A stretch of DNA of 64,000 bases, from positions 3,104,001-3,168,000 of the forward strand of contig CAVWLP010000002.1 in the NCBI GenBank assembly GCA_963755915.1, written 5' to 3'. The notes beneath the pieces are model-generated. The model was not told the origin of the DNA. It saw only the letters and a program-made list of their open reading frames with translations, and made no database searches. This DNA is from an uncultured Phycisphaerales bacterium (lineage in GTDB: Bacteria > Planctomycetota > Phycisphaerae > Tepidisphaerales > Tepidisphaeraceae). The translations under genes and the position numbers were made by a program. Positions 17,249-30,814 of the stretch are shown in pieces (within the stretch, counting starts at the first letter, position 1; each line of letters opens with the position of its first letter).

Positions 17249-20200
17249 TCACCTATCGCTCACCGCCTGCGCCCATATCTCGATCGGATGCAGCGCCCGC
17301 AGCTTAACCCCATCGTGAATCTGATGGCGGCAACTCGTGCCCGCGCGCAAATCATTGACGTCGGCTCCGTGCCCCGGATAGCTGGCAGAAGCGATAGCTC
17401 GGCGATCTTCATCGAGAGATCGTAGCGGTCGCCACTGAACCCGAACGAACCCGCCATACCGCAGCAGCCGGTTGCCAGAACGGTTGTCGAGGCGATTCTG
17501 CGCAGCGAGGCAGCGCACTCCGCCTCGCCCCACAGCGCTTTCTGATGGCAATGGGCGTGCAGCAGAATAGCGGGAATCGATCCCCTGATTGCCGGGCGAC
17601 GGGGATGGGAGTCCCAATGCCGGTTCAGGAAGTCCTCGACCGGCATCGATTTTTCCGCAAGGCGCTTGCGATCGGAAAGCGGGGTCTCGAGCTTGAGGTT
17701 CAGCCAGTCGTCCTTCACCGCGCTCAGGCAAGACGGCTCCAGAAAAAGAATCGCCTCGACGCCGTCGCCGTCGAGACATTTGAGAAGCCCCCGTGCAGTG
17801 GCATCCGCTTTTTGGACCGCGGATTCAAGCAGCCCCATGGAGATCGCCGGCCGCCCACAGCATCCAACCCGCGGCAAAACCACTTCATAGCCAAAAGCCT
17901 CCAGCACACCCACCGCCGCCCGCCCGATCTGCGACTCATTAAAACCCGTGAAGCAGTCTTCAAACAGAGCAACCCGGCGCGGCGATTCGGATGGACGACC
18001 TGCCGGCGCCCGTTTCTCCAGCCACCCCCGAAGCGACCGACCAAATGGCGGAAGCGATCGCCGTGGATGCAGTCCAAGCACCCGATTCGCCATCGCGCGC
18101 ATTGGCGGGAATCCTGAGAGCCAATTTGCCATCGATGGCGCGATAGATCCCATCGAATTAAGCAGGCGGCACATTTGCGAACAGCCGATCGCGAAGCTTC
18201 GGCGGCGTTGTCCGATACCGTTGTGCCGTATACTCAGCCTTGAGCCGCGCGATATCCACGTTGCTCGGGCACTCGCTCTTGCAGGCCTTGCAGCTAAGAC
18301 ACAGATGCAGCGTCTCAATTGTGCCCGGATCATCCCAGGATGGAGCGGCCGACTGTGAAAACTGCCCGGTGATCGCGAGCCGCAGCGCATTTCCGCGCCC
18401 GCGGGTGGTGTGCCGTTCGTCGAGCGTCGCGCGGTAGCTGGGGCACATCGTTCCCCCCGAAGTCTTCCGGCAAACGCCCGCGCCGTTGCACAGCTCTATG
18501 GCCGATGAGAATCCACCCTGGTCGGAAAAATCGAAATAGGTGTCGACCGAGTCGAGCTGTGCCGAAAGTTTTTGCCGATCGATCCGCAGATTTTCCGAGA
18601 TCGATTGCACGGGGCCGGGATCTACGATGTTTCCCGGATTCAGCAGGTTTTGCGGGTCGAAGACCTTTTTCACTTCCCGGAACGCGGAAATAAGTTCCTG
18701 CCCGTAAAAATGCTCGAGCAGCGGCCCCCTCGCCCGCCCGTCCCCATGCTCGCAGCTCATCACACCGCCGCATTCACGAGCCAGGTCGGCAACCTCCAGG
18801 GCGATCGCCCGCATCGCGTCCCGTCCTGATTGCTGGTGAAGATCGATCAGCGGACGAACGTGCAGCACCCCCACGGAGGCATGCGCATAGTAAGCGGCGG
18901 TGGTCCCGTGGCGTTTGACGATCTGCTCAAATCGCCGCACGAATTCCGAAAGCCGGTCGACAGGGACTGCGTTGTCTTCGACAAACGTATGCGGCTTACG
19001 CGGATCGTGCGCTCCGCCCCCAACCTGGTGCAGCAGCGGCTCCGCGGCCTTTCGTAATGCCCAGAGGCTCGCGATGGGGGCAGGATCGGTATAGCAAAGA
19101 ATCTCGCTTGCCGAACGACTCAGTTCCTGAAGTTTATCAAAATCGGCCTGAAGGTCTGCCGCGGTTCCCGCCGTTTCGTATTCCACATAGAGGACGGCTT
19201 TCGGATGCACCGTACCGGATTTGGACAAAAGCGGCAGATAGTTTCTGCACTCATTGTTTCCTGCCGCCGCGTCGAGAACGACATCATCCAGAAGCTCAAC
19301 CGCCGACGGCCCGGTCGTGAGGATTGAGGCGACGCGATCGATGGCCGCCTGCACCGAAGAAAAAGTCACCACCGCCAATCCGCGCACAGCCGGTACTGGT
19401 TGCAAGCGCAAAACGGCGGAAAGAACCACCGCCAGCGTTCCCTCGCTCCCGCAGATCAGGCCCGAAAGGTCGAGGCGATCGTCAGGCACACCGCTGTCGA
19501 TCTGCCGCAGAATCAGATCGAGCCCATACCCCGCGTTTCTGCGGACGGTTTTCGGAAATCGCTCGCGGATCTGCGGTGCATATTTCTTTGCAATCGCGGC
19601 GATTTCCCGCGAGAGTTGCTGAACATTTGGGTCGGACGCGGCTGATTGAGCGGAGAAAGTCGCGCGCCGGCCGCTGGCAAGGAGAACGTCAATCGCCGCA
19701 AGGTTTTCACTGGTTCGCTTGTATTTGACCGACCGCGCGCCGGCCGCATTGTTTCCGATGCATCCGCCGAGGGTGCACTGTGCCTGGCTCGCTGGATCGG
19801 GAGCGAAAAAGAGCCCGCACTTCCGCGACGAAAGATAACGGTTGATCTCCTCGATCGTCGCGCCTGCCAGCGCCCGAACCGATCGTTCGCCCGGCGACAG
19901 TCCCTCGATCTTCCGCATATGCGGCGAGAGGTCCATCACAAGCGCTCGATTCGTGCATTGCCCTGCGAGGCTTGTTCCCCCGCCGCGCGGCAATATGGGC
20001 ACCTGGAGCTTCAGGCACGATTCGACGACAAGCTGCACGTCGGCCTCATCGGCCGGCGCGATTACCCCCAGGGGCATCACCTGATATATCGAGGCATCCG
20101 TCGAATAGAGGGCCCGATCATGATCCGAAAACCTGATTTCGCCCCGAAATCGCTCGGCAAGGGCCCGTTTCAATTCGTCGAGGCGCGATTGCTCGGCATT

Positions 20201-20257
20201 GGAAAGAACGGGCAGTTCGAGCCGGCGACTTTGGGATGTTTGGACACTTATGGACAT
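17249..20257 (-). CDS. FAD-binding/Fe-S oxidoreductase (GlcD/YdiJ-like 2-hydroxyacid dehydrogenase) with apparent frameshifts at ~18168 and ~17345
   Basis: PRGGGTSLAGQ, GSEGTL, EHGDG, CNGAGVC, CLSCKAC..ECP; continues in other frames with CCG domains (CCGRP, CCGMAGSFG) and TSCRHQI; start uncertain. Confidence 0.85.
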
Positions 20258-20268
20258 TATGGTACTAT
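20240..20268 (+). promoter_or_regulatory. sigma70-like promoter with TGGACA direct repeats (DeoR operator candidate)
   Basis: TTGGAC-N17-TACTAT; TGGACA repeated at 10-bp spacing; ATG at 20275. Confidence 0.5.
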
Positions 20269-20274
20269 CTCTCC

Positions 20275-21030
20275 ATGATTGTTCAAGAGCGTCACAGCGC
20301 GATCATGCGGGTGCTTCGCCGCCGCCGGCGCCTGCCTTATGCCCGTCTGCAGCGGGAGCTTGGCGTCTCGCGTTCGACGCTCCGCCGCGATTTGCTCGAG
20401 CTGGAACATCTGGGCGAAATCGTCCGCCGCCGCGGGCTGGTCCTTCATGCCGACTATCTTAAGGGAGAACCCTCGTTTGATCGCCGCCGCGCCAGGCGCG
20501 TCGAGGAAAAGCAGGCGATTGCCCGCATCGCCGCCGCGCTTGTCCCACCCAATTCCAGCGTCTACGTCGACGCGGGCACAACTTGCCTGGAAGTGGCCAA
20601 AGTGTTGCTGACGCGCCGCGACCTGAAAATCTTCACGCATTCCATCCGCATTCTATCCGGCGCCGTCTCCAGCGACGCCTCTATTTTTTGCGTCGGCGGG
20701 GAATACCGCCCGGTGTCCGATGCAGTGGTAGGGGGGCTGGCAGCCGCGTGGCTCGATCAGCTCCATTTCGACATCTGCTTCGTGGCCGCTTCGGGTCTGA
20801 ACGCCGAGGGTCTGTTTACGACCGAGCTTACCGAAACCGTCATCAAGCAGCAGATTCTGCGCCGCAGCGATCGGCGCGTGCTGGTCGCCGACAGCGAAAA
20901 ATGGGATGCACCCGCCGCCGTCCGATTTGACGACTGGTCCCGAATCACCGACTTTGTCTCCGACTCGCAGCTTTCCTCCTCGGCCCGACGAATCGTTCGA
21001 TCGCAATCCGTTCAACTTCATCTTTCATAA
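20275..21030 (+). CDS. DeoR/GlpR family transcriptional regulator
   Basis: VSRSTLRRDL HTH, EKQAIA, YVDAGTT, ADSEK. Confidence 0.93.
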   Translation: MIVQERHSAIMRVLRRRRRLPYARLQRELGVSRSTLRRDLLELEHLGEIVRRRGLVLHADYLKGEPSFDRRRARRVEEKQAIARIAAALVPPNSSVYVDAGTTCLEVAKVLLTRRDLKIFTHSIRILSGAVSSDASIFCVGGEYRPVSDAVVGGLAAAWLDQLHFDICFVAASGLNAEGLFTTELTETVIKQQILRRSDRRVLVADSEKWDAPAAVRFDDWSRITDFVSDSQLSSSARRIVRSQSVQLHLS

Positions 21031-21043
21031 AACGCAGGACGAT

Positions 21044-21880
21044 ATGAAATCATTCAGACTAAACCGCCTCTTCAACGCCCGGTCGCAAAAATGTTTCGAT
21101 GTCGCCGTCGATCATGGCTTCTTCGACGATGTCTCGTTCCTTGCCGGAATCGAGAATCTCGAGCAGGCCGTGCGCACGCTGGTCGAGGCAGGCCCCGACG
21201 CCATCCAGCTCACGCAGGGCCAGGCCCATCTGCTTCAATCGATTCCCGGAAAGCAGAAGCCGGCTTTGGTGTTGCGCGTCGATACCGCCAACATCTACGG
21301 AAAGACGTTGCCGGACGTCCGCTACAACACCACAATCGCCGACCCGATCGAAACCGCCGTGCGAATGGACGCCTCGTGCATCTGCATCAATCTTTTCAAG
21401 GTCCCCGGCGCTCCTGAAATTCAGCAGCAGTGCGTCGAGAATATTCTTTCGGTCATCCCACAGGCCCACCGCTACGGAATGCCGGTCATGATCGAGCCGC
21501 TCGTCGCCCGCGATTACGCCTCCAGCGGCGGATACATGGTGGACGGCGACGCCAAAAAAATCATCCCGCTTGTCCGCCAAGCGGTGGAACTCGGCGCCGA
21601 CGTGATAAAGGCCGACCCAACCGAAAACGTCGCCGACTATCCGCGCGTTGTCGAAGTCGCCGGCCGGATTCCGATCCTCGTCCGCGGCGGTGGAAAAGTG
21701 AGCGACGAGGAAATCCTCAATCGCACCGAAGCCCTTTTGAAAACGGGAATCAAGGGAATTGTTTACGGCCGCAACGTCATTCAGCACCGCGACCCGGCCG
21801 GCATCACCAAGGCGCTGATGTCGATGGTTCACGAGAACGCAACGGCCAGGGACGCGATCAAATTCATCAAGCAGCACTGA
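21044..21880 (+). CDS. Class I aldolase (DhnA/LsrF family)
   Basis: VAVDHG, ELGADVIK Schiff-base lysine, RGG, YGRNV. Confidence 0.88.
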   Translation: MKSFRLNRLFNARSQKCFDVAVDHGFFDDVSFLAGIENLEQAVRTLVEAGPDAIQLTQGQAHLLQSIPGKQKPALVLRVDTANIYGKTLPDVRYNTTIADPIETAVRMDASCICINLFKVPGAPEIQQQCVENILSVIPQAHRYGMPVMIEPLVARDYASSGGYMVDGDAKKIIPLVRQAVELGADVIKADPTENVADYPRVVEVAGRIPILVRGGGKVSDEEILNRTEALLKTGIKGIVYGRNVIQHRDPAGITKALMSMVHENATARDAIKFIKQH

Positions 21881-21887
21881 AGACGAT

Positions 21888-23039
21888 ATGTCGCAAAAGA
21901 TCATCCGATTCGGCGTGATTGGTTGCGGCCTGATGGGCCGCGAGTTCGCCTCAGCCTGCGCGCGCTGGTGCCATCTTTCCGAGCCGGATTTCGCTCCGCG
22001 CATCGTCGCCGCCTGCGATTCCAATTCAGCCGCGATCGACTGGTTCAAAACCAGGCTTCCCGCGGTACAGCAGACCAGCGCCGACTACCGCGACCTATTG
22101 GCCGCCAAAGATATCGACGCGATTTACTGCGCCGTTCCCCACAATCTTCACGCCGATCTCTATTGCGACATCATCAATTCCGGCAAACACCTCATGGGCG
22201 AAAAGCCGTTCGGCATCGATAAGGCCGCCTGCGTTAAAATCCTCGGGGCGATCAAGGCAAACCCCAAAGTCCTGGTCCGGTGCAGCAGTGAAATGCCCTT
22301 CTATCCGGGCGGCTATTTCATCGGCAAGCTGGCCGCCGACGACCAATTCGGCCGCATCATGGAAGTCGAAAGCGGCCTTTGGCACAGCTCCGACCTCAAT
22401 CCCCAAAAGCCAATCAACTGGAAGCGCCAAAAGCAATTCTGCGGCGAATATGGCTGCCTAGGCGACCTCGGCATGCACGCCCTGCACCTTCCCCTGCGCC
22501 TCGGCTGGAAACCGTCGCAGGTGAGCGCCTCACTTCTGAAAATCGTCGATTCGCGCCCCAATGGAAAAGGGGGCCACGTTCCCTGCGACACTTGGGACAA
22601 CGGCACGCTGCAATGCCGCGTGCGCCACCAGCAGGGCTATGATTTCCAGATGCACATAAGCGCCAAGCGAATCGCTCCCGGGCACAACAATACCTGGTTC
22701 ATCCGCGTCTACGGCACGAAAATGTCGGCTGAATTCTCCACCAAAAACCCCAAAGAGGTTCGCATCTTGCGTTACGAGGCCGGCGGGCCCCAGGCCTGGG
22801 AAGTCAAAGACGTCGGCTGGGATTCGGCTTATAAGGGAATCACCGGAGAAATATTCGAATTTGGTTTCAGCGATACGATGCTGATGATGTGGGCCGCCTT
22901 CTGCGATGAGCTGACGCATGGCCGGTCCGGGATGAAGCAGCGGTTTTATTGTGCGACCCCCGAAGAAGCCTGGACCCAGCACGAGATTTTCACGGCCGCG
23001 CTTCAGAGCCATCAGCAGTCGAGCACCGTCTCGATTTAA
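21888..23039 (+). CDS. Gfo/Idh/MocA oxidoreductase
   Basis: GVIGCGLMG, EKP, DLGMH. Confidence 0.9.
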   Translation: MSQKIIRFGVIGCGLMGREFASACARWCHLSEPDFAPRIVAACDSNSAAIDWFKTRLPAVQQTSADYRDLLAAKDIDAIYCAVPHNLHADLYCDIINSGKHLMGEKPFGIDKAACVKILGAIKANPKVLVRCSSEMPFYPGGYFIGKLAADDQFGRIMEVESGLWHSSDLNPQKPINWKRQKQFCGEYGCLGDLGMHALHLPLRLGWKPSQVSASLLKIVDSRPNGKGGHVPCDTWDNGTLQCRVRHQQGYDFQMHISAKRIAPGHNNTWFIRVYGTKMSAEFSTKNPKEVRILRYEAGGPQAWEVKDVGWDSAYKGITGEIFEFGFSDTMLMMWAAFCDELTHGRSGMKQRFYCATPEEAWTQHEIFTAALQSHQQSSTVSI

Positions 23040-23061
23040 AACAGGCGATTGGAATCGCTTC

Positions 23062-25540
<2,479 letters not shown>

Positions 25541-25557
25541 CGATTCGCTCCTTGCGG

Positions 25558-26214
25558 CTAGATAATGGTCAGCGTCTCGATCACCCGCACGGCATAATCT
25601 CCGCCGTGGCGCTCATTGCTCGTCCCCTGGTCCTCGGAAAGGTGTGTGCCAGCGCGAATCGTGATCTTTTTCGGATAGGGGGGCCCGACGCGAAAATTCG
25701 CCACGTTCTCGTAAAACCCCATGTAATAACCGCCATAATATCCATCAGTGAGTTTCTTCAAACAGTCCGCGGCGTTTTTCATATCGCCACCGCTGACGGC
25801 TTTGAACGTCAGCCCCTGAAACATTCCCATCATCAGCTGCGAATAGATGCTCGGATGGGTGCCGTGCAGATTATCGATCCGCTGACGCTTGACGAGCTGG
25901 TCTTTCATATTGTCAATCGTTTCGCCGTCGTCCCACCACTCACAGATATTAAAGCCCTTGGGCACGCATCCGCTCCCCACCACGATTGCTCCCACGATCG
26001 GCCGGGTTTCCTCAATCGTAATGAAGCCGTCCATCGACTTCAGCTCGATGCCTTTCGTGGGATCGATTTCATAAAAATTTCCGGCGGTGACGTTTGGATA
26101 AATAAACGGCGTCGAATAGGCCCGCCGCTCCGTCTTGATGACCTGCGCCTCGCGTGGCGGCCCAAACTGCTTCAACTGCTCCGGTGTAAAACCTTTAAAG
26201 AGTGGTAACGGCAT
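25558..26214 (-). CDS. Hypothetical protein (218 aa)
   Basis: AAGGAG RBS, operonic position, protein-like composition; no motif recognised. Confidence 0.75.
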   Translation of the reverse strand: MPLPLFKGFTPEQLKQFGPPREAQVIKTERRAYSTPFIYPNVTAGNFYEIDPTKGIELKSMDGFITIEETRPIVGAIVVGSGCVPKGFNICEWWDDGETIDNMKDQLVKRQRIDNLHGTHPSIYSQLMMGMFQGLTFKAVSGGDMKNAADCLKKLTDGYYGGYYMGFYENVANFRVGPPYPKKITIRAGTHLSEDQGTSNERHGGDYAVRVIETLTII

Positions 26215-26235
26215 CGAATTCTCCTTGGTGTTAAT

Positions 26236-26571
26236 TCAAAGCAACGGCCAGTAATCCGTCTCGGCCTCAATGGAGACGCCCACGTCGCCAAGGGATTTGC
26301 CCTTCGGCGAGTCGAGCACGGACAAAAGATCAAACTCAAACGGCTTCGGTGTCTTATCCAAAATGAAAATCGGCTTCGCGTCTTTCGGCACATCGACGGC
26401 GAAAAACATCCGGCACGGCTCGATAACCGAGGTGAATTTCACCTCATGCTGCTTGAGGTTGTACTCTCCCCATCCCTGGCTAATGAGTCCATTTACCAGC
26501 GAGGCATTTTGAACGCTGAAATGCCCGGTCGGGGGAGCAAGCTTCCAATCGATCTGAATATTCACGCGCAT
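26236..26571 (-). CDS. Hypothetical protein (111 aa)
   Basis: Overlaps the upstream stop; operonic; no motif recognised. Confidence 0.7.
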   Translation of the reverse strand: MRVNIQIDWKLAPPTGHFSVQNASLVNGLISQGWGEYNLKQHEVKFTSVIEPCRMFFAVDVPKDAKPIFILDKTPKPFEFDLLSVLDSPKGKSLGDVGVSIEAETDYWPLL

Positions 26572-27528
26572 TTTTCACCTGGGGTATGTTCCACGAGTAT
26601 CTCTTCGAGCCGATGTAGTTCGTCGCCTGAAAGTTCCACGTCGCACGCCTTCACATTTTCATCGATCTGCGACGGGTTCTGGGCGCCGATGATGCAGCTG
26701 GTAATTTCGCTTCGACGCAGAATCCAGGCGAGCGCAATCTGGCTTGCGTTAATGTTCCTCTCCTTCGCAAAACTCTTCAGAGCATCCGCGATCCGAATAT
26801 TAGCTGGCGTAAAATATCGCCTCTGCCACTGCTCCGGCGCAAACCCCACGCTCGAGCCCTTCACGATTTCGCTTGAGCGATATTTGCCCGTAAGCAATCC
26901 CCGCGCAAGCGGCGAATAGACGATCACGCCCACGCCCTCTCTTGCGCAAAGCGGAAGCAGCTCTTGTTCTATTTCGCGCCAGCATGTGATAGCAGGATTG
27001 AATGCAATCAAATCGCGATCTCCCGCTGGCGCGAGCGACATGATTCGCATCGCAAAGCTGCGCCGCCGAAAAATTCGAGCATCCCACGTAGAGCACTTTC
27101 CCCTGTTTCACGAGCAAATCATACGCCGCCATCGTCTCCTCGATCGGCGTCTCGTCGTCATATTTATGCGCCTGGTACAGATCGATATAGGTTACGCGAA
27201 GGCGTCGAAGCGACGCCTCCGCCGCCTCCACAATATGTTTCCGGCTCAGCCCCTGCCCCAGCGGCCCCGGCCAGACCGGAAACCAGCACTTCGTTGCGAT
27301 TACAACCTGCTCGCGCGGCAAATCGCGCATCGCCTCCCCCAAAACCCGCTCCGTTTCTCCGCGCTCATACGCATCGGCCGTGTCGAACAGGTTGATCCCC
27401 AGCTCAAACGCCCGGCGGATGCACGCGATCCCAACATCGGTGGGCGAATTCTCAGGATACAGAATCGCGCTCCCGAGCGCAATCTCTGAAACCTTCAAAC
27501 CCGTTTTTCCCATTCGGCGGTATTGCAT
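26562..27528 (-). CDS. Aldo/keto reductase, apparent frameshift at ~26977
   Basis: FDTADAY, IATK, YIDLYQAH, GCSN, then YSPLARG and IIGA in the next frame. Confidence 0.88.
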
Positions 27529-27535
27529 GGCCCAA

Positions 27536-28531
27536 TCACCAGTCCAAAATCACTCCCATAACGGATGGATCCCGGCTCTCGATCAGCTTCCACGCCTCCG
27601 CCGCCTTGCTCACCGGAAAACGATGCGTAATCAACGGAAGCGTTTTGAGCGTACCATCCGCGATCGCCGCGATCGTGGCGTCCATCCGTCCCGGCGTCAG
27701 GCTTGCGACGGAATCCAGCGAAATCTCCGAATCTCTGAGCGACTGAAGCGAAATTCGATCGTCCGTCCCGCAGAATCCCGCCGACACGATGTGCCCGAAG
27801 TGCTTCAGCAGCGGAATAAGCGATTCGGTTGCGTCCGGCGATCCGACCGTGTCCACACCGACGGCAAGGTTATTTCCCGCAAGCTCTCGCACCCGCGCTT
27901 TCCAATCTGAGTCGCCTGCATTGATGGTGTGACATCCAATAATCTTTCGGGCCATCTCGAGGCGCTGATTTCGCCGCCCGACGACAATGACATTCGCCTT
28001 TCGCGCCGCCAGTGTCTGTGCCGACCATTGCCCGACCTGTCCATCGCCAATTACCACGGCCCATTCGCGGGCCTCAATGGGCGCCCGCGCGCCGCAGTTA
28101 TATCCAACCTGCGTCAACACCAACCCCGCAAACGCCAATGCCTCCGGACGCGCCGGAAGCTTGTAGATCAAATTGCGCGGCGTAACCGATGGCGAAACAT
28201 GGCCGCCAAACGGCTGAAACATGTCCAGCACTCGCCCGGCGACGCAGAAAACCGTTTCGCCGCGCGATAAGTCTTTGACGTTTTCCCCAACCCATTCTAC
28301 CACGCCGATTTTCTGATACCCCGCCACGATCGGAAACGGCATTCGATCCCCCGGCCGATAGGCTGTGTCTCCGGCCGTGCGCTCCCCGCGCAAAAATGAT
28401 CCCTCTGTCCCGTTGCTAATCCAGGAATGCGTCACCCGAATAACGGCATCCTTCGGCCCTGGCTCCGGACACTGCACGCTTTTGTATTCAACAGTGTTCG
28501 CCATTGTGAATACCACGGCGCTGGCGTTCAT
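27536..28531 (-). CDS. MDR (Zn-ADH superfamily) dehydrogenase lacking the canonical Zn Cys/His motif
   Basis: SWISNGTE, GY instead of GHE, IGDGQVG, LITHRF. Confidence 0.8.
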   Translation of the reverse strand: MNASAVVFTMANTVEYKSVQCPEPGPKDAVIRVTHSWISNGTEGSFLRGERTAGDTAYRPGDRMPFPIVAGYQKIGVVEWVGENVKDLSRGETVFCVAGRVLDMFQPFGGHVSPSVTPRNLIYKLPARPEALAFAGLVLTQVGYNCGARAPIEAREWAVVIGDGQVGQWSAQTLAARKANVIVVGRRNQRLEMARKIIGCHTINAGDSDWKARVRELAGNNLAVGVDTVGSPDATESLIPLLKHFGHIVSAGFCGTDDRISLQSLRDSEISLDSVASLTPGRMDATIAAIADGTLKTLPLITHRFPVSKAAEAWKLIESRDPSVMGVILDW

Positions 28532-29322
28532 CGCGAATGCCCCTTGCTTCCCGGCGATGTCATCAGTCGCCGCACTTTTTCCAGGTCGCTGCGGATTTCC
28601 TTCTCATCGTCGGCGAATGTTTCCAGCATGACCCATGCGTCGTATTTGATGTCGTGAATTGCCTTCATCGCCGCTTCGAGGTTAAGCTTTCCTTTGCCTA
28701 GGTGCAGTGCGCCGAGTTTATCGAGCGAATCTTTTACGTGAAGCGCAATAATGCGCGACCCGAGCGTGCGAACCTCTTCAGCCGGATCAAAACCCAGCGC
28801 GACGGCATTTCCCAAATCGTAATAGATTCCCACTTGCCTCGAATTTATCCGATCCACAAGCGCTGCGAACTCGCGGGCCGGCAACGGCAGTTCCAGCGCA
28901 ATTGCCACCCCAAGTTTTTGTGCAATCGGTTCGACGGCCTTCACGACCGAGGCGAGATTCTCCCGCTTTTCTTCCGTATCGGGATTCGAAACGAGAAACC
29001 CACAAAGGAGCATGATCTTCGCGCCGACGGCGGAGGAAAACCGCAGCGACCGAGAGATAATTTGGACAGATGTTTCTTTCCCGGACTTATCGATGAGCGA
29101 GGAATCGCCATTAAAAAGTGCAAGCGCGACCGACGGCACTTGCACGCCCAGCTTATTCGCCGCGTCGCGGAATCGTGTCGTTTCAGTCTCGGACCAGCGC
29201 AAAAACTCGGACCCCGCGTCGATGATGACCGGCTCAACGCCCGCAACGCCGAACTTCGCGGCAGCTTCGGTAAACCCGCGCCCGTCGGCGCTCGCCGCGT
29301 ACTGTGTTAGTCCGAGTTTCAC
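28528..29322 (-). CDS. Sugar-phosphate isomerase/epimerase (xylose-isomerase-like TIM barrel)
   Basis: IALE, YDLGN, HVKD, MLET. Confidence 0.88.
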   Translation of the reverse strand: MKLGLTQYAASADGRGFTEAAAKFGVAGVEPVIIDAGSEFLRWSETETTRFRDAANKLGVQVPSVALALFNGDSSLIDKSGKETSVQIISRSLRFSSAVGAKIMLLCGFLVSNPDTEEKRENLASVVKAVEPIAQKLGVAIALELPLPAREFAALVDRINSRQVGIYYDLGNAVALGFDPAEEVRTLGSRIIALHVKDSLDKLGALHLGKGKLNLEAAMKAIHDIKYDAWVMLETFADDEKEIRSDLEKVRRLMTSPGSKGHSR

Positions 29323-29344
29323 CGCGACACCTCAAGGCAAAACT

Positions 29345-30580
29345 CTAAACACCCGCCGGCTCGCGCCGTTTCACGGTCGCCGCCATCGCATCGTCGCAGA
29401 TGTTCAGCGCCTCGTCGATGTCCGCCTCGTTATGCGAATAATTGACGAACGCCACGTGCCAGGGCGCAAAGAACAGCCCGCGCTTCACGCATTCGCGGAA
29501 GAATTGCTGATGTACCGGATTGTCAGAGCGGTTGCCTTCCCAGGGGTGCCAGGTAAACCGCGGCATGGAAGGCACCGGGTCTGCGTAGGCTTTGGCCTCT
29601 TCCATTCCCCAATCGAGGCAAATACGCTTCAGTCCGTCAATCAGCCGCTGCCCCATCTTGTAGAGGTGCGGCACGACCGGTTTCTCCCGAATCTCGCGCA
29701 GTGTCGCAATCGCCGCAGCGATCGACAGCGCCTCGACGAAAAACGTTCCCGACGTCGGAGTTCCGCTCCATTGCTCCATGTACTGCGCCTTCCCAACCAC
29801 CGCGGAGATCGGATAACCGTTCCCCAGTCCCTTCGACAGCGTTGTGAGGTCTGGTGTAACTTGCAGATATTCCTGGGCTCCGCCGGGCGCCACGCGAAAG
29901 CCGGTCTTGATCTCGTCAAACACCACGAGCGCCCCGTGCTTATGCGCAACATCCACGATGGCCTGGTAGTTCTCCGTGGTAAACGGCCGCGTATCCGCCG
30001 GGCAAAGAAACACCGCCGCAAACTGCTGCTTCGATTTCTTGAACAGGTCTTCAAGACCCTGTGCGCTTCCATCGAACGGCAATACGACTTCCCACGCCGC
30101 CCGATGCGTTCCACCTTCTTCGCCATTGCGCCAGAGGTCCGCCCACCCGTGATATCCGCACCGCGCAATATAAGTTCGCTTGGTCACGTGACGCGCCAGA
30201 CGCGCGGCGGCAACCGTCGCCTCGGTGCCCGTCTTGAGATATCGCACACGGTCCGCCGAAGGCACCATCTCCACCAGCACCTTCGCCAGCTCGACTTGAT
30301 TCGGATGGTTCGTCGACGACTGAAACGACTCGCGGATCGTCGCGATTGCCGCCTCATCCACCCGGTCGTAGGCGTATCCCAGGATGATCGGCCCGATGCT
30401 GCAAAGGAGGTCGAGGAACTCATTGCCGTCCACGTCCCACATCCGGCAGCCCTTGGCCCGCTCGAAGTAAATCGGGAAATCCGTATACAGCGGGGAACGG
30501 GTGCCCATCGTCCCGCCCGCGAAAACCTTCTTCGCTTCCTGGTAAATCTCGTTAGACCGTTTGAACTGCAAATTTTTCAT
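29345..30580 (-). CDS. Class-III PLP aminotransferase (GSA-aminomutase-like)
   Basis: WDVDGNEFLD, TGTEAT, YHG, FDEIKTGFR, SKGLGNG, SGTF. Confidence 0.9.
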   Translation of the reverse strand: MKNLQFKRSNEIYQEAKKVFAGGTMGTRSPLYTDFPIYFERAKGCRMWDVDGNEFLDLLCSIGPIILGYAYDRVDEAAIATIRESFQSSTNHPNQVELAKVLVEMVPSADRVRYLKTGTEATVAAARLARHVTKRTYIARCGYHGWADLWRNGEEGGTHRAAWEVVLPFDGSAQGLEDLFKKSKQQFAAVFLCPADTRPFTTENYQAIVDVAHKHGALVVFDEIKTGFRVAPGGAQEYLQVTPDLTTLSKGLGNGYPISAVVGKAQYMEQWSGTPTSGTFFVEALSIAAAIATLREIREKPVVPHLYKMGQRLIDGLKRICLDWGMEEAKAYADPVPSMPRFTWHPWEGNRSDNPVHQQFFRECVKRGLFFAPWHVAFVNYSHNEADIDEALNICDDAMAATVKRREPAGV

Positions 30581-30736
30581 CGTTCCGCCATTTCAGGGGG
30601 GGGTCTGTACCTATGTGAATAACACTGTACCAATTCTAAACCACTTGATCCTCTTTAGCAACCGAAATGTTGATTTCAGCCTGAAACAATCGTTTTTCAG
30701 CCCTAAAACTGCGTAAAATCTCCGTTTTGGCCCGGT

Positions 30737-30760
30737 TTGTTCCTGTCTAAACAGGTACAA
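30737..30760. promoter_or_regulatory. Inverted-repeat operator candidate upstream of the aminotransferase operon
   Basis: TTGTTCCTGT-CTAA-ACAGGTACAA (9/10 arm match); related CTGTACC at 30605 and 30625. Confidence 0.55.
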
Positions 30761-30814
30761 CGCCTCCGTGGCTCACAAGTTCCGCCGGTGGTCCCGCGGC
30801 GGTTTGGCCCCGCA

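Noticed and set aside
29345-30580. Calling the aminotransferase hemL
   Set aside because: Sugar-metabolism context, and I did not see HemL-specific motifs such as YHGH.D
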